DNA of 64,000 bases from assembly GCA_965228735.1 (NCBI GenBank), contig OZ245838.1:5376001-5440000 (forward strand), given 5' to 3'. Under the pieces are notes generated by a model. That model saw only the letters and a program-made list of their open reading frames with translations. It was not told where the DNA came from and did not search any database. This DNA is from Planctomycetota bacterium. GTDB taxonomy: Bacteria > Planctomycetota > UBA1135 > UBA2386. The position numbers and the translations under genes were made by a program. Within the stretch, counting starts at the first letter, position 1. Each line of letters opens with the position of its first letter. This document shows positions 9,631 to 20,599 of this stretch, piece after piece.

Positions 9631-10590
9631 ATGACGACCGCAGCGCTCCGCGTCCTGTTCGCGACCTCGTTCCTCGCTCTGCTCGGTGGTTGCGCCGGCG
9701 TCGCGGATCATGCGCCGCCCCGTGAGGGGCCGCTGCTGATCACGACCTGGCCGTTCGGGAAGATCGCGAACGAGCACGCGCTGCAGAACCTCGCGGCCGG
9801 CGGTTCGCGACTCGATGCCGTCGAGGCCGGCATCCGCGAGATCGAGCGCCGCAGTTCGGACCGTTCGGTCGGCATCGAGGGGCGGCCCAACGCCGCGGGC
9901 TACCCGCAGCTCGACGCCTGCATCATGGACGGGCCCGGTCACAAGGCCGGTAGCGTCGCCGGCACCGAGGGCATCGTGCATCCGATCAGCGCCGCCCGCG
10001 CAGTGATGGAGCACTGCCGCCACGTGATGCTCGTCGGTGAGGGGGCGCGCTGGTTCGCGCTCGAGCACGGCGTCGAGTCGATCGCGATCGACGATTGGCA
10101 ACCGCTCAAGGACAAGTGGGCGGCGGGCGAACGGCCCGAGCCCGCGGACAAGGCGGGCCACGACACCGTCACGCTGCTGCTGCGCGACGAGAACGGTGAC
10201 ATCGCGGGCGGCTGCTCGACGAGTGGTGCTGGCGGCAAGCTGCCGGGTCGCGTCGGCGACTCGCCGATCCTCGGGGCCGGCCTCTACGTCGACAACGAGG
10301 TCGGGGCGGCCGGGGCGACGGGCCTCGGCGAGAACGTCATGCGCCACTGCGGCGCGTTCCTCGTCGTCGAGCTCATGCGCCAGGGCATGGCGCCGCAAGC
10401 GGCGTGCGAGGAGGCGGTGCATCGCATCGCCCGGCTCGACCCGCGCGGCTACGACCTGAAGATCTGCTTCATCGCGCTCGACAAGCAGGGGCGCTACGGC
10501 GCCGCCGCGTCGAGCCAGCGCTTTCCGTTCGCCGTTGCGACCAAGGATGGCAACGAACTGTTGCGCGTGGAGCAGGTCACGCCGCGGTAG
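9631..10590 (+). CDS. N(4)-(beta-N-acetylglucosaminyl)-L-asparaginase / type 2 asparaginase (lipoprotein)
   Basis: LDACIMDG, HD|T autocleavage site, STSG...K.PGRVGDSPI.GAG, TG.GE; LGGC lipobox. Confidence 0.88.
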   Translation: MTTAALRVLFATSFLALLGGCAGVADHAPPREGPLLITTWPFGKIANEHALQNLAAGGSRLDAVEAGIREIERRSSDRSVGIEGRPNAAGYPQLDACIMDGPGHKAGSVAGTEGIVHPISAARAVMEHCRHVMLVGEGARWFALEHGVESIAIDDWQPLKDKWAAGERPEPADKAGHDTVTLLLRDENGDIAGGCSTSGAGGKLPGRVGDSPILGAGLYVDNEVGAAGATGLGENVMRHCGAFLVVELMRQGMAPQAACEEAVHRIARLDPRGYDLKICFIALDKQGRYGAAASSQRFPFAVATKDGNELLRVEQVTPR

Positions 10591-11044
10591 GGGCGATCCG
10601 TGGCTGCTGGTTGAGGAACCGAACCATGTCGCCGACGGTTTCGATCGAGATCGGGTTCCGTTCGCAGCCATCCAGGCTGCGCCAGCAGCGAAACGCGATG
10701 TCCGGCAGGCCCTCTATGTCGAACCACTCCTCGTCAACTCGGTCCGTGGTGTGCGCAGGGTAGCCGAACGCAGCGGTGTAGTACTCGTACGTCGCGCGCA
10801 CGATTCGGGAGTCGATCTGCCGGAGATCGAACGCTCGTGCGAAACTGCAGATCGAATCTGAGCTGCGTTCTGCCTTGGCGCGTCTCGTCCAGCCGAAGAC
10901 GTAATCCGCAAGTAGTCCTGCGCCCGTCAGAGCGAGCAGCAGCACCATGAACGCCAGCCAGATCGGAGCCATGGCGAGGACGAACGCGCTGTGGAAGGGC
11001 AGGGGCGTCGGTGTCGGGGGGCCGGGCCGCAGCTGGCGTGACAT
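10577..11044 (-). CDS. Hypothetical membrane-anchored protein
   Basis: One hydrophobic segment and a short acidic C-terminal domain; fills the gap between + strand genes. Confidence 0.5.
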   Translation of the reverse strand: MSRQLRPGPPTPTPLPFHSAFVLAMAPIWLAFMVLLLALTGAGLLADYVFGWTRRAKAERSSDSICSFARAFDLRQIDSRIVRATYEYYTAAFGYPAHTTDRVDEEWFDIEGLPDIAFRCWRSLDGCERNPISIETVGDMVRFLNQQPRIAPTAA

Positions 11045-11154
11045 AGTGCGCATCGCGTCATGTCCTCGAACACGTCTTTATGTGTGGTGCCAGGGTGGGG
11101 CGTCGAGGGTCCGTCGTCGACAATAGCACGATGGTCGAGCACCGCCGTTTCTCC

Positions 11155-12150
11155 ATGGCCGATGAACTCGTGGTTCCGCGTCGGCGCTTCCTCCAACTCG
11201 GCGCGAGCGCCCTGCTACTGCCGCTGGGATCCGGTCTGCGTACGCAGGGCCCGACTGCGACGCCGCGGCAGCCGTTGCGGATCGGCCTGATCGCCGACCT
11301 GCACCACGGCCTTGATCCGCGCGCGCAGGAGCGCATCGAGGACTTCGTCGAAGCGGCGACGGATCGCAAGGCCGACATGATCGTCCAGCTCGGCGACTTC
11401 AACTATTCCGAGCCGAGCAACGCGCCGTGCCTCGACGTGTTCCACTCGTTCGACGGCGAGCGCCACCACGTGCTCGGCAACCACGACATGGACAAGTGCG
11501 GCAAGGAGCACGCGCTCGCGACGTGGCAGATGCGCGCGCGCTACTACAGCTTCGACCGCGACGGGTGGCACTTCGTCGTGCTCGATCGCAATCACGTGAA
11601 GCAGGGCACGAAGTTCTTGCCGTACGACAAGGGCAACTACTTCGGCGCCAAGGGTCATCGCGGGCACGCCGATCAGGAGCAGCTCGAGTGGCTCGCGGAG
11701 GATCTGGCGCGGACGAAGCTGCCGACGATCGTGTTCGTGCATCAGGGTGTCGGCGTCGCCGAGCGGCCGTATCCCAAGGACGATGGCCGCGAAGCCCTCG
11801 AGGCCGTGTTGCGCGCGGCGAACGAGAACGCGAAGAAGGCCGGCGCCGGTGAGAAGGTGGTTGCGTGCTTCTGCGGGCACGAGCACCTCGACCGCCACAA
11901 CGTGCGCGACGGCATCCACTACGTCTGGGTGAACAGCGCCTCGTACTACTGGGTCGGCGGCAAGTACGGCCGCATGGCGCCGTATGCGGAGGCGCTCTAC
12001 GCGTTCGTCGATCTGCACGACGACTGCCTCGTGATTCACGGCCGGAAGTCCGAGTTCGTGGCGCCGACGCCCAAGGAGCGTGGGTTCCCGCGTTGGCGCG
12101 AGTGCTCGGCCGTGCAATCGGATCGTCGATTGAAGCGTAGTTCGGGCTGA
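11155..12150 (+). CDS. Tat-exported calcineurin-like metallophosphoesterase
   Basis: RRRFLQ Tat motif; DLH, GD, GNHD, H and GHEH metal motifs. Confidence 0.88.
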   Translation: MADELVVPRRRFLQLGASALLLPLGSGLRTQGPTATPRQPLRIGLIADLHHGLDPRAQERIEDFVEAATDRKADMIVQLGDFNYSEPSNAPCLDVFHSFDGERHHVLGNHDMDKCGKEHALATWQMRARYYSFDRDGWHFVVLDRNHVKQGTKFLPYDKGNYFGAKGHRGHADQEQLEWLAEDLARTKLPTIVFVHQGVGVAERPYPKDDGREALEAVLRAANENAKKAGAGEKVVACFCGHEHLDRHNVRDGIHYVWVNSASYYWVGGKYGRMAPYAEALYAFVDLHDDCLVIHGRKSEFVAPTPKERGFPRWRECSAVQSDRRLKRSSG

Positions 12151-12187
12151 GACGGCGTCGAGCGGTGGCCCGCGCTACGCTGCCCGC

Positions 12188-13669
12188 ATGGTGCGTCGCC
12201 CGTTCATCGCGTTCGTTCTCGGTTGGCTTGCCTTCGCTGCGGTCGTTGCAGCGCAGGACGGGGCCGACTCGAAGCGACCCAACATCCTGTTCTGCATCGC
12301 GGACGACTGGGGTTGGCCGCACGCGAGCGCCTACGGGGACGCGGTCGTCGAGACGCCGGTGTTCGATCGGGTGGCGCGCGAAGGTGTGCTGTTCGAGCAC
12401 GCCTACGTCGCGAGTCCGTCGTGCACCCCGAGCCGGAACGCGATCCTCACCGGGCAGTATCACTGGCGGCTCGGTCACGGCGCCAACCTGTGGTCGTCCC
12501 TCGACGTCGCGATCCCGGTCTATCCGCTGCTGCTCGAGCGCGCTGGCTACCACGTCGGGCACTGGCGCAAGAGCTGGGGGCCGGGCCGGCTGAAGGTCGG
12601 TGGCTACACGGACACCCATCCGGCGGGCAAACGCTACGGCAAAGGCTTCGCGCAGTTCCTCGCCGCGCGCAAGGACGGCGCGCCGTTCTGCTTCTGGCTC
12701 GGGGCCCACGACCCGCACCGCGGCTACGAGAGGGGTTCGGGGCGGAAGTCGGGGATGAACGTCGACGCGGTCGAGGTGCCGGGCTTCTACCCCGATGTCG
12801 AGACCGTGCGGTCGGACATCGCCGACTACTACTTCGAGGTGCAGCGCTTCGACAGCGACGTCGGCAAGGCGATCGCGCTGCTCGAAGAACGTGGCGAACT
12901 CGAGGACACGATCATCGTCGTGACCGGGGATCACGGCATGCCGTTCCCGCGCTGCAAGAGCAACCTCTACGACATGGGCGTCCGGGTGCCGCTCGCCGTG
13001 CGCTTCGGGCGTCGCGTGGCTGGCGGACGCACGCTGCGCGACTTCGTGTCGCTCGTCGATCTCGCGCCGACGTTCCTCGAAGCCGCAGGGGTCGAGGTTC
13101 CCAAAGTGATGAACGGGCAGTCGCTGTGGCCGCTGCTCGAATCTGAAGCGAGCGGCATCGTCGATCCCGAGCGCGATGCCGCGGTGTTCGGCAAAGAACG
13201 CCACGTGCCGTGTCGGCCGGATCACTCCGGCTATCCGAGCCGCGGTATCCGGACCGAGCGCTGGGCCTACATCGTCAACTTCGAGCCCGACCGTTGGCCT
13301 GTCGGCGATCCGCCACTCTTTGGCGACACCGATCCGGCGCGTGCCGTCGGCAAGGGCATCACCAAGGGCTACATCCTCACGCACGGCGGACCCGATGCCC
13401 CGAGCGACGATCCGCTCGTCACCTCGGCCGTGCAGCAGGCGTATCGACTGTGCTTCGCGAAGCGCCCCGCGATCGAGCTCTACGACATGACGAACGACCC
13501 GGATCAGCTGCGCAATCTTGCTGCCGTTCCCGAGCACCGGTCAGTCGTCGCACGGCTCGACGCGCGTTTGCGTGAGTTCCTGCGTGCGACAGAGGACCCG
13601 CGAATCATCGGCGGGTCCGAAGCGTTCGACGCCTACCCGTATTACGGCGGCAGCGCCTGGAAGCGCTGA
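12188..13669 (+). CDS. Secreted sulfatase (N-sulfoglucosamine sulfohydrolase-like)
   Basis: Signal peptide, PNILFCIADD, CTPSRNAILTG, DPHR, GDHGMPFPRCK. Confidence 0.9.
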   Translation: MVRRPFIAFVLGWLAFAAVVAAQDGADSKRPNILFCIADDWGWPHASAYGDAVVETPVFDRVAREGVLFEHAYVASPSCTPSRNAILTGQYHWRLGHGANLWSSLDVAIPVYPLLLERAGYHVGHWRKSWGPGRLKVGGYTDTHPAGKRYGKGFAQFLAARKDGAPFCFWLGAHDPHRGYERGSGRKSGMNVDAVEVPGFYPDVETVRSDIADYYFEVQRFDSDVGKAIALLEERGELEDTIIVVTGDHGMPFPRCKSNLYDMGVRVPLAVRFGRRVAGGRTLRDFVSLVDLAPTFLEAAGVEVPKVMNGQSLWPLLESEASGIVDPERDAAVFGKERHVPCRPDHSGYPSRGIRTERWAYIVNFEPDRWPVGDPPLFGDTDPARAVGKGITKGYILTHGGPDAPSDDPLVTSAVQQAYRLCFAKRPAIELYDMTNDPDQLRNLAAVPEHRSVVARLDARLREFLRATEDPRIIGGSEAFDAYPYYGGSAWKR

Positions 13670-13889
13670 GCCCAGCCGCGCTGCGCACGGCATTCGCCCG
13701 TTACCAACGGTGGTTCGAGCGGTAGTCGAGGCACCCCTCTTTCGCGTTTCCACTCCCCGAGGTGGAGTATTCGCCTGTCCCAATTGCCATGGCTCGCCGC
13801 GCCGCTCGCGGTGCCGTGAGTTCGTGGCGCCCGGCTGGTGACGGCCGGTTCGGTCACGGTCGGTGGCCGGTCGTCGCTACCGTCGTGTC

Positions 13890-14453
13890 TCAACGGGGAG
13901 CGAGTGCGTAGAGTCCGCGGCGTCCGCGAGCGACGCCTGCGGCCGGCAGATCGAGGCCGCAACGTAGTTCGCCGACCGTCATCCGGAGCAGATCGTCGTA
14001 GTCACGATCGCGCTCGGTCGAGAGCAGCGAGCGGCCGCGGTTCTGGCGCCACGCCCGGATCGTGCGCACCGGCGCGATGCCGAGCCCGAGCAACGTCCCG
14101 AACACGACGATCGCGCCGACGTAGAGCCCGAGGCCGCGCAGGCCGCCGCGCAGTTCCCAGGCCGAGATCTCGCCTTCGCCGCGCAGGTCGGTCCCGTAGC
14201 CGGTCACCACGTGGTGCAGGTCGTGCCGCATGATCGCCCAGCGGTGGCGCGGCATGTTGGGCACGCTGAACCGGATGCCGAGGAACGCGGCTTCGGTCCG
14301 CGGCGCGTCGTAGCCCGCGCGGGTGAAGCCGTTCTCGTCGAGATAGGCCTGCAGCGCCTGATCCGCCGGCCATGCGGCCGGCAGCGGGCGGTCGAGATCG
14401 GGTCGCATTCGCGTCGGACGGGCAACGTCGGCAACGGCGCCGGATTTCGTCAT
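13890..14453 (-). CDS. Coq4-like HDxxH protein
   Basis: RHDLHHVVTGYGTDLRGEGEISAWE motif followed by a TM segment. Confidence 0.7.
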   Translation of the reverse strand: MTKSGAVADVARPTRMRPDLDRPLPAAWPADQALQAYLDENGFTRAGYDAPRTEAAFLGIRFSVPNMPRHRWAIMRHDLHHVVTGYGTDLRGEGEISAWELRGGLRGLGLYVGAIVVFGTLLGLGIAPVRTIRAWRQNRGRSLLSTERDRDYDDLLRMTVGELRCGLDLPAAGVARGRRGLYALAPR

Positions 14454-15757
14454 CCCGGCTTCGAACCGGACGGCGGCGAGTAGTCGAAGTAGCCGTCCCA
14501 GAGCCGGTCGAGCACGTGCTTGGCCTCTCCCAGCGGCACCGCGCTTAGTTCGTCGGTTGCGCGGTCACGCGCGACGAGTCCGAGGCGCTCGAGCTTCTGC
14601 GTCGCGTCCTGGATCTCGAAGTCGGTGTCGCGTCCGGCGCGTTCGCGCAGCCAGTCCTCGATGCCGCGGTCGAGGGCCTCGGCCGTGTGCGGAGACCCGG
14701 ACGTGAGCAGGAACCAGTAGGCCAGGATCGCCTCCTTGCACTCCTCTTCTTCGGCATCGTCGATCAGCCGATGCAGCACGCCCGCGTTGTTGTCGAGGTT
14801 CTTGAAGTAGAGGTTCTCCGTGAGCGCCTTCAGGAAGCTGATCTTGCGCTGCTTGAAGCGGTTGACCTGGCGCACGATGAAGGCGCCGAGCGTGCCGAGA
14901 CCGACCCCGAGGGCGACGAGCTTCGCGTCGTCGATCTCGACGTCTTCTTCGCTCAGGCCGAGCCAGACCATGATCAACGACGCGACCAGCAACAGCGTGC
15001 CCGCGAGCTTGGTCGCGACGACGACGATGCCGCCGACGAACGCGGGCACGCCGATCAGCAGCTTGTCGATCAGCTTCATGCGGACCGCGGTGTTGGGGAA
15101 CACCATCTCGAGGTCTTCGGCCGGCACGTCACGAAACAGCTTGAGCACCGTCGACCCAGGAACGAACGGGAGCGCCTTCCGGCCCAGCGCCTCGAAGTAG
15201 GCGGCGGGCTTGAAGCGCACCATGAGCACGACGCGGCTGAAGTTGAGGAACGACACCTCCTGCTTGCGCAGGCCGTACAGCGTGCGCACGGTCTCCGAGC
15301 GTTGGTGGCGGCCGCGGCGGAAGAGCAGCAGCTCGTCGAAGTCGTCGAAGTCGACCTCGAGACGCACCTTGAACAGTGATTCGCCGACGAGCGAGGCCTC
15401 GAGCGTGGCCTGCTGGACGCGGTCGTAGTTCGCGGAGCGCAACAGGCGTTCGAGGCCGTCGCGCAGCCCGGCCCGGCGGTCATCGAGTTGTTGCGCCGTC
15501 AGGTCCTCGACCGGTTGGGTATCGGCGTCGGGATCGAACGGGGCATGGCACGCCTTGAGCTGCTCGAGGTGGTCGTGGAACTCGAAGTGAAAGACCGCGG
15601 CGACGAGCTGGCAGAACTCCCGGAAGGCCTCGCGTTGGTCGTCGTCGAGCCGCGGATCCGTCGCGCAGAGCTCGACGACGTCGCGCTTGCTCAGCGGGAT
15701 GAAGTTCTCGCGCAGGTCCGGCGGCGGATCGGTGGGGTCGTCGGGGGCTGCTGCCAT
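14450..15757 (-). CDS. DUF3754/TMEM143-family membrane protein
   Basis: ENFIP, LKLFRDVP..DLEMVFP, LYFKNLDNNAG, AEEEECKEA.LAY. Confidence 0.85.
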   Translation of the reverse strand: MAAAPDDPTDPPPDLRENFIPLSKRDVVELCATDPRLDDDQREAFREFCQLVAAVFHFEFHDHLEQLKACHAPFDPDADTQPVEDLTAQQLDDRRAGLRDGLERLLRSANYDRVQQATLEASLVGESLFKVRLEVDFDDFDELLLFRRGRHQRSETVRTLYGLRKQEVSFLNFSRVVLMVRFKPAAYFEALGRKALPFVPGSTVLKLFRDVPAEDLEMVFPNTAVRMKLIDKLLIGVPAFVGGIVVVATKLAGTLLLVASLIMVWLGLSEEDVEIDDAKLVALGVGLGTLGAFIVRQVNRFKQRKISFLKALTENLYFKNLDNNAGVLHRLIDDAEEEECKEAILAYWFLLTSGSPHTAEALDRGIEDWLRERAGRDTDFEIQDATQKLERLGLVARDRATDELSAVPLGEAKHVLDRLWDGYFDYSPPSGSKPG

Positions 15758-15898
15758 GCCGGGGGTGTAGCCGCCGGGGCGCGATCGCGCACGGGCGAAC
15801 GGCGCGGATTGATCGCGCGGTTTTCCATGGGCCGAAGATGCGCGCGATGGCCGCCGATTCGGGTGAGTGGCACGGGCGCCGCGGCTACGGTTCCGGCC

Positions 15899-18800
15899 AT
15901 GAGGATTCTCTGTGCCGTTCTCTTCGGCCTCGGCGCCGCGCTCGCTCAGGACGCCGAGGGCATCACGTCATCGACGCTGGCGGGGATGAAGTTCCGCAAC
16001 ATCGGGCCCGCGCTCGCCTCGGGTCGCATCGTCGACGTCGCGGTCGATCCGGGCGATCGCTCGCGGTGGTACATCGCGACGGCGGCGGGCGGACTCTGGC
16101 GCACGCAGAACGCGGGCACGACGTTCGAGCCCGTGTTCGATTCCGAGTCGGTGTACTCGATCGGCTGCGTGACGATCGATCCGAGCAACCGGCATACGAT
16201 CTGGGTCGGCACCGGCGAGAACAACAGTCAGCGCAGCGTGGCGTGGGGCAACGGCGTCTACCGGTCGCGCGATGGCGGTGATTCCTGGGAGCACATGGGG
16301 CTGCCCGAGAGCGAGCACATCGGCAAGATCGCGGTCGACCCGCGCGCGTCGAACGTCGTTTGGGTCGCGGCGCAAGGGCCTTTGTGGCGCGACGGCGGCG
16401 ACCGCGGGCTCTACAAGACGACGGACGGCGGCGCGACGTGGAACAAGGTGCTCGAGATCAGCGAGCACACGGGCATCAACGAGGTGCACCTCGATCCGCG
16501 TGATCCGGACGTCGCGATCGCGAGCGCCTATCAGCGTCGACGGCACGTCTGGACGTTGATCAATGGCGGTCCCGAGTCCGGCATCCACAAGACGACCGAC
16601 GGCGGGAAGACGTGGCGCGAGATCACGAGCGGCCTGCCGAGCGTCGACAAAGGCAAGATCGGCATCGCGATGTCGCCCGTCGATCCGGACGTCGTCTATG
16701 CGATCATCGAGGCGCAGCGCGGCAAGGGCGGCACGTTCCGTTCGACGAACTGCGGCGAGAGCTGGAGCAAGATGAGCTCCAAGGTCAGCACGAGTCCGCA
16801 GTACTACAACGAGCTCATCTGTGACCCGAGCGACGTCGACACGGTCTACTGCCTCGACACCTGGACATCCGTGTCCAAGGACGGCGGCAAGACGTTCGCC
16901 AACGTCGGCAACAAGCATCGGCACGTCGACGACCACGCGCTGTGGATCGACCCGCTGGACCCTCGGCGCCTGATCATCGGCGGCGACGGCGGGCTGTATC
17001 AGTCGTTCGACGCGGGCCAGAACTGGGACTTCTGCGAGAACCTGCCGATCACGCAGTTCTATCGCGTCAGCGCGGACCAGGCGTTGCCGTTCTACAACAT
17101 CTACGGCGGCACGCAGGACAACAACTCGATGGGCGGGCCGTCGCGCACGACGAGCCTCGCGGGGATCACGAACGAGGACTGGTTCGTCACGGTCGGCGGT
17201 GACGGCTACGAGGCGCAGGTCGACTGGCGCGATCCCAACATCGTCTACACGCAATGGCAGTACGGCGGCCTCGTGCGTCACGACCGCCGGAGCGGGGAGC
17301 TCACGGACATCAAGCCGCGGCAGGCGCCGGGTGAGCCGCCGATCGTGTGGAACTGGGATTCGCCGCTGATCATCAGCCATCACAGCAACACGCGGCTGTA
17401 CTTCGCGGGTGACCGGCTGTTTCGCACGGACGATCGCGGGGATTCGTGGAGGGCGATCAGCGGTGATCTGACCCGCGGGATCGACCGCGACCAACTGCCC
17501 GTCATGGGACGCATCCAGGAGGTCGACGCGGTCGCGAAGAACGCGTCGACGTCCGTCTACGGCAATTGCGTGTCGTTGTCGGAGTCGCCGATCGACGACA
17601 ACGTGCTGTTCGTCGGCACGGACGACGGCCTCGTGCACGTGACGAGCGACGGGGGCGAGAGCTGGACCAAGATCGAGGCTGTCGATGGCGTGCCGGAGCA
17701 GACCTACGTGAGCCGGCTCGAAGCTTCGCGGCACAGCGTCGACCGGGTGTATGCGGCGTTCAACAACCACAAGCGCGGCGACTTCGCGCCGTATCTGTAC
17801 GTCAGCGAGGACCGCGGTCGCTCGTGGCGTTCGATCACGGCCAACCTGCCAGCACCACACGTCGTGTGGGCGCTCGTCGAGGATCACGAGAACCAGGACC
17901 TGCTGTTCGTCGGCACCGAGTTCGGCCTCTGGGTGTCGTTCGACCGCGGCGGCGAGTGGGTGCAGATGAAGGGCGGCCTGCCGACGATCGCAGTGCGCGA
18001 CATCGAGATCCAGCGGCGTGAGAACGACCTGATCCTCGGCACGTTCGGGCGCGGCTTCTACGTGCTCGACGATTACACCCCGCTGCGCGCGATGAGTGAC
18101 GAACTGCTCAGCAAGGGCGCGCATCTGTTCGGTGTGCGCAAGGCGCCGCTCTACATCCAGCGCAGTCGCCTCGGGCTCAACACCGGGCTCGGGTCGCAGG
18201 GCTCGACGTTCTACTCAGCACCCAACCCCGAGTTCGGCGCGCTCCTGACGTATCGGCTCGCGGAAGGGTTGCAGACGCGGAAGGAACGTCGCGAAGAGGC
18301 GCAGAAGGCCGCCCGCGCGGGCGGCAAGGACCTGCCGTATCCGAGCGACGAGGCGATGCGCGCGGAGCATCGCGAGAACGAGCCCGCCGTGTTCCTCACG
18401 ATCCGCGACTCGGAAGGCGAAGTCGTGCGACGCGTCGACGCGCCGCGGACCAAGGGCCTGCACCGTGTTGCGTGGGACCTGCGGTATCCGGCCGCGACCC
18501 GCATCCAGCTCGGCGACGGCGGCCCGGGCGCGCCGTGGTCGATGCCCGCGGCCGGCCCGCTCGTCCTGAGCGGCACGTTCTCGGCGACGCTGCATCAGGA
18601 GATCGACGGTGCGGTGACCCAGCTCGCCGGGCCGGTGTCGTTCGAGGTCGAGGCGCTCGATCTCGCGACGTTGCCCGCGCAGGACAAGGCCGCCGTGCTC
18701 GCGTTCCAGCGCGAGGTCGTCGAGCTGCGCCGCGCCGTGCGCGCGACCAATCGCGTTCTCGGCGAGCTGCAGTCGCGCGTCGATCACGTGCGGGTCGCGA

Positions 18801-19156
18801 TCCGGCGCGGCGGTGTCGATGCGGCGTTGCTCGCGCGCGTCGAGACGCTCGATGACACGCTCGCCGATCTGCGCACGAAGCTGTCGGGCGACGGTTCGCT
18901 GTCGAGTCGCAACAAGCCGGCGCCGATGGGGATCAGCAGCCGCATCGAGAACGTCGCCGGCTCGCAGCTCTACACGAGCTCGGCGCCGACGAAGACCGAG
19001 CGCGATGCCTACGGCTTCGCCGCGGACGCGTTCGGCCCGGTGCTCGAACAGGTGCGAACGATCGCGACCGTCGAGCTGCCGGCGATCGAGCGCGAACTCG
19101 AGATCGCGGGTGTCGGCGACACTCCGGGGCGCCTCCCCGTGTGGCAGAAGAAGTAG
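15899..19156 (+). CDS. Secreted VPS10/BNR (Asp-box) repeat glycosyl hydrolase-like protein
   Basis: Signal peptide, FRNIGPA..SGRI, many S.DGG.TW Asp-box repeats, GG.QDN, C-terminal coiled segment. Confidence 0.88.
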   Translation: MRILCAVLFGLGAALAQDAEGITSSTLAGMKFRNIGPALASGRIVDVAVDPGDRSRWYIATAAGGLWRTQNAGTTFEPVFDSESVYSIGCVTIDPSNRHTIWVGTGENNSQRSVAWGNGVYRSRDGGDSWEHMGLPESEHIGKIAVDPRASNVVWVAAQGPLWRDGGDRGLYKTTDGGATWNKVLEISEHTGINEVHLDPRDPDVAIASAYQRRRHVWTLINGGPESGIHKTTDGGKTWREITSGLPSVDKGKIGIAMSPVDPDVVYAIIEAQRGKGGTFRSTNCGESWSKMSSKVSTSPQYYNELICDPSDVDTVYCLDTWTSVSKDGGKTFANVGNKHRHVDDHALWIDPLDPRRLIIGGDGGLYQSFDAGQNWDFCENLPITQFYRVSADQALPFYNIYGGTQDNNSMGGPSRTTSLAGITNEDWFVTVGGDGYEAQVDWRDPNIVYTQWQYGGLVRHDRRSGELTDIKPRQAPGEPPIVWNWDSPLIISHHSNTRLYFAGDRLFRTDDRGDSWRAISGDLTRGIDRDQLPVMGRIQEVDAVAKNASTSVYGNCVSLSESPIDDNVLFVGTDDGLVHVTSDGGESWTKIEAVDGVPEQTYVSRLEASRHSVDRVYAAFNNHKRGDFAPYLYVSEDRGRSWRSITANLPAPHVVWALVEDHENQDLLFVGTEFGLWVSFDRGGEWVQMKGGLPTIAVRDIEIQRRENDLILGTFGRGFYVLDDYTPLRAMSDELLSKGAHLFGVRKAPLYIQRSRLGLNTGLGSQGSTFYSAPNPEFGALLTYRLAEGLQTRKERREEAQKAARAGGKDLPYPSDEAMRAEHRENEPAVFLTIRDSEGEVVRRVDAPRTKGLHRVAWDLRYPAATRIQLGDGGPGAPWSMPAAGPLVLSGTFSATLHQEIDGAVTQLAGPVSFEVEALDLATLPAQDKAAVLAFQREVVELRRAVRATNRVLGELQSRVDHVRVAIRRGGVDAALLARVETLDDTLADLRTKLSGDGSLSSRNKPAPMGISSRIENVAGSQLYTSSAPTKTERDAYGFAADAFGPVLEQVRTIATVELPAIERELEIAGVGDTPGRLPVWQKK

Positions 19157-19177
19157 GAAGCAGCGGCGCCGGCGCGA

Positions 19178-20599
19178 TCAGTTCGCGTCGGCGCAGGCCT
19201 TGCGGGCTTCCTTCAGGCGCCGCAGTTCGTGCTTGTCCGTCGGGGCCCGTTCGATCGCCGCGTCGATCACGGGCAGGGCCGCCTTCGTCGGGTTCTGTTT
19301 CAGATACATCGCGATGCGCCCGTTCTGGGTGCAGCCCTGCTTCAGGATCGCGATGAGTCGCTCCGTCAGGTCGTCGCCGCCGATCGCGATGACGGCATTG
19401 CACGCGGCGTTGGCGACGTACTTCGGCGCGGTGGCCGTCACTTCGAGGAGCGCGTCACAGGCCTTCGGGCTGCCGATCATTCGGAGCGCATGTGCCGCGC
19501 CGCCGCGGTAGTCGTTGGTCTCGTCCTCCTCGCGCAGCATCTCGATCAACGTCGGCACGGCTGCCTCACCGATCGCCGCGAACGCGTTCTGGCAGTCGGA
19601 CCAGACGGGCCCGGCCTTGCCGCGCATCAGTTCGCGCAGGACGGGCAGCGCGTCCGCGCCGACGATGGTCGGCAGGTGCGACACGGCGTAGCGCCGCAGG
19701 TCGTCGGGTTGGTCCGCGGCGCGGGCGGCTTCGAAGAACCGATCCGCCGCGACGGGCGTGCCGGCGCGCGCGAGCACGACGGCGGCGCGGAGGCGCAGCG
19801 CGAGCGGCTCGTCCTCGTCGTGAAACAGCGCGATCGCGGCCGGCGTCGCGGCCTTGAGTGCGTCGGGTGGCCGCGTGGCGAGCACGTCGAGTGCGAGGCT
19901 GCGGCCCTCGACCGTGCCGCGCGTCGTCCATTCGGCGATGCGCGCGACGTCGGGCTCCTTCACCTCGGCTTCGGCGATGTCGATCTCACGCATCTTGTCG
20001 CCGATGGCCACGACGACGATCGAGTTGGAGGCTTCGTCGAGGAACACGCCCTTCGACCACCACAGCGAACTCACGGTGCGGGTCGCGCCCTCGGGGATGC
20101 CGTCGAACAGCTCCGCGACCGTCAGGCTCACCGTTTCCTCGCCCTTGTCGTTCACCCAGATCACCGCCTTCGCCGTGCCGAGGCTGTAATACTGCTCGAA
20201 CAGCAGGAATCCGGGCAGCGCGTCGGGCACGAGCACCTCGTAGGGCAGCTGTGCGACCGTGCCTTCGGCCAGCAACTCATCGTCGGGGTCGCGGTCGATC
20301 GCCTTCGGGTTCTTCTTCAGCTGCGCGCTCGTCACGGACCCGGGACTGACCGGGCCGACTTTCGCGTGCCGTTCCGGGCCGCGTTCGCAGTATTCGAACG
20401 TGATGCTCTGGCCCTTCTTCGTCTGCTTGATGACGACGTAGCGCCGGCCGCTTGGCGACACGACCCGTTGGTTCTTGAACGGCATCCACGAGTCCGGGAT
20501 CGCCCAATCCGGAATCGCCCGATCCGGGGCCCGATCCGGGAGCGGACTCGTGGGGGTCAGGAACGCGGCGAGGGTCAGAACGAGGAGTTTGCTGCTCAT
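19178..20599 (-). CDS. Secreted HEAT-repeat protein
   Basis: Signal peptide; C-terminal AVPTLIEML / AAHALRMIG type HEAT repeats. Confidence 0.7.
   Translation of the reverse strand: MSSKLLVLTLAAFLTPTSPLPDRAPDRAIPDWAIPDSWMPFKNQRVVSPSGRRYVVIKQTKKGQSITFEYCERGPERHAKVGPVSPGSVTSAQLKKNPKAIDRDPDDELLAEGTVAQLPYEVLVPDALPGFLLFEQYYSLGTAKAVIWVNDKGEETVSLTVAELFDGIPEGATRTVSSLWWSKGVFLDEASNSIVVVAIGDKMREIDIAEAEVKEPDVARIAEWTTRGTVEGRSLALDVLATRPPDALKAATPAAIALFHDEDEPLALRLRAAVVLARAGTPVAADRFFEAARAADQPDDLRRYAVSHLPTIVGADALPVLRELMRGKAGPVWSDCQNAFAAIGEAAVPTLIEMLREEDETNDYRGGAAHALRMIGSPKACDALLEVTATAPKYVANAACNAVIAIGGDDLTERLIAILKQGCTQNGRIAMYLKQNPTKAALPVIDAAIERAPTDKHELRRLKEARKACADAN

Noticed and set aside
13670..13889. Possible ncRNA or degenerate repeat (GTCGAGGCACC, TCCAC/GTGGA hairpin) in the convergent gap
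   Set aside because: Only a partial motif match and no recognisable RNA family
20495..20545. Short repeat encoding PDRAPDRAIPDWAIPDSW
   Set aside because: In-frame low-complexity linker after a signal peptide; ordinary
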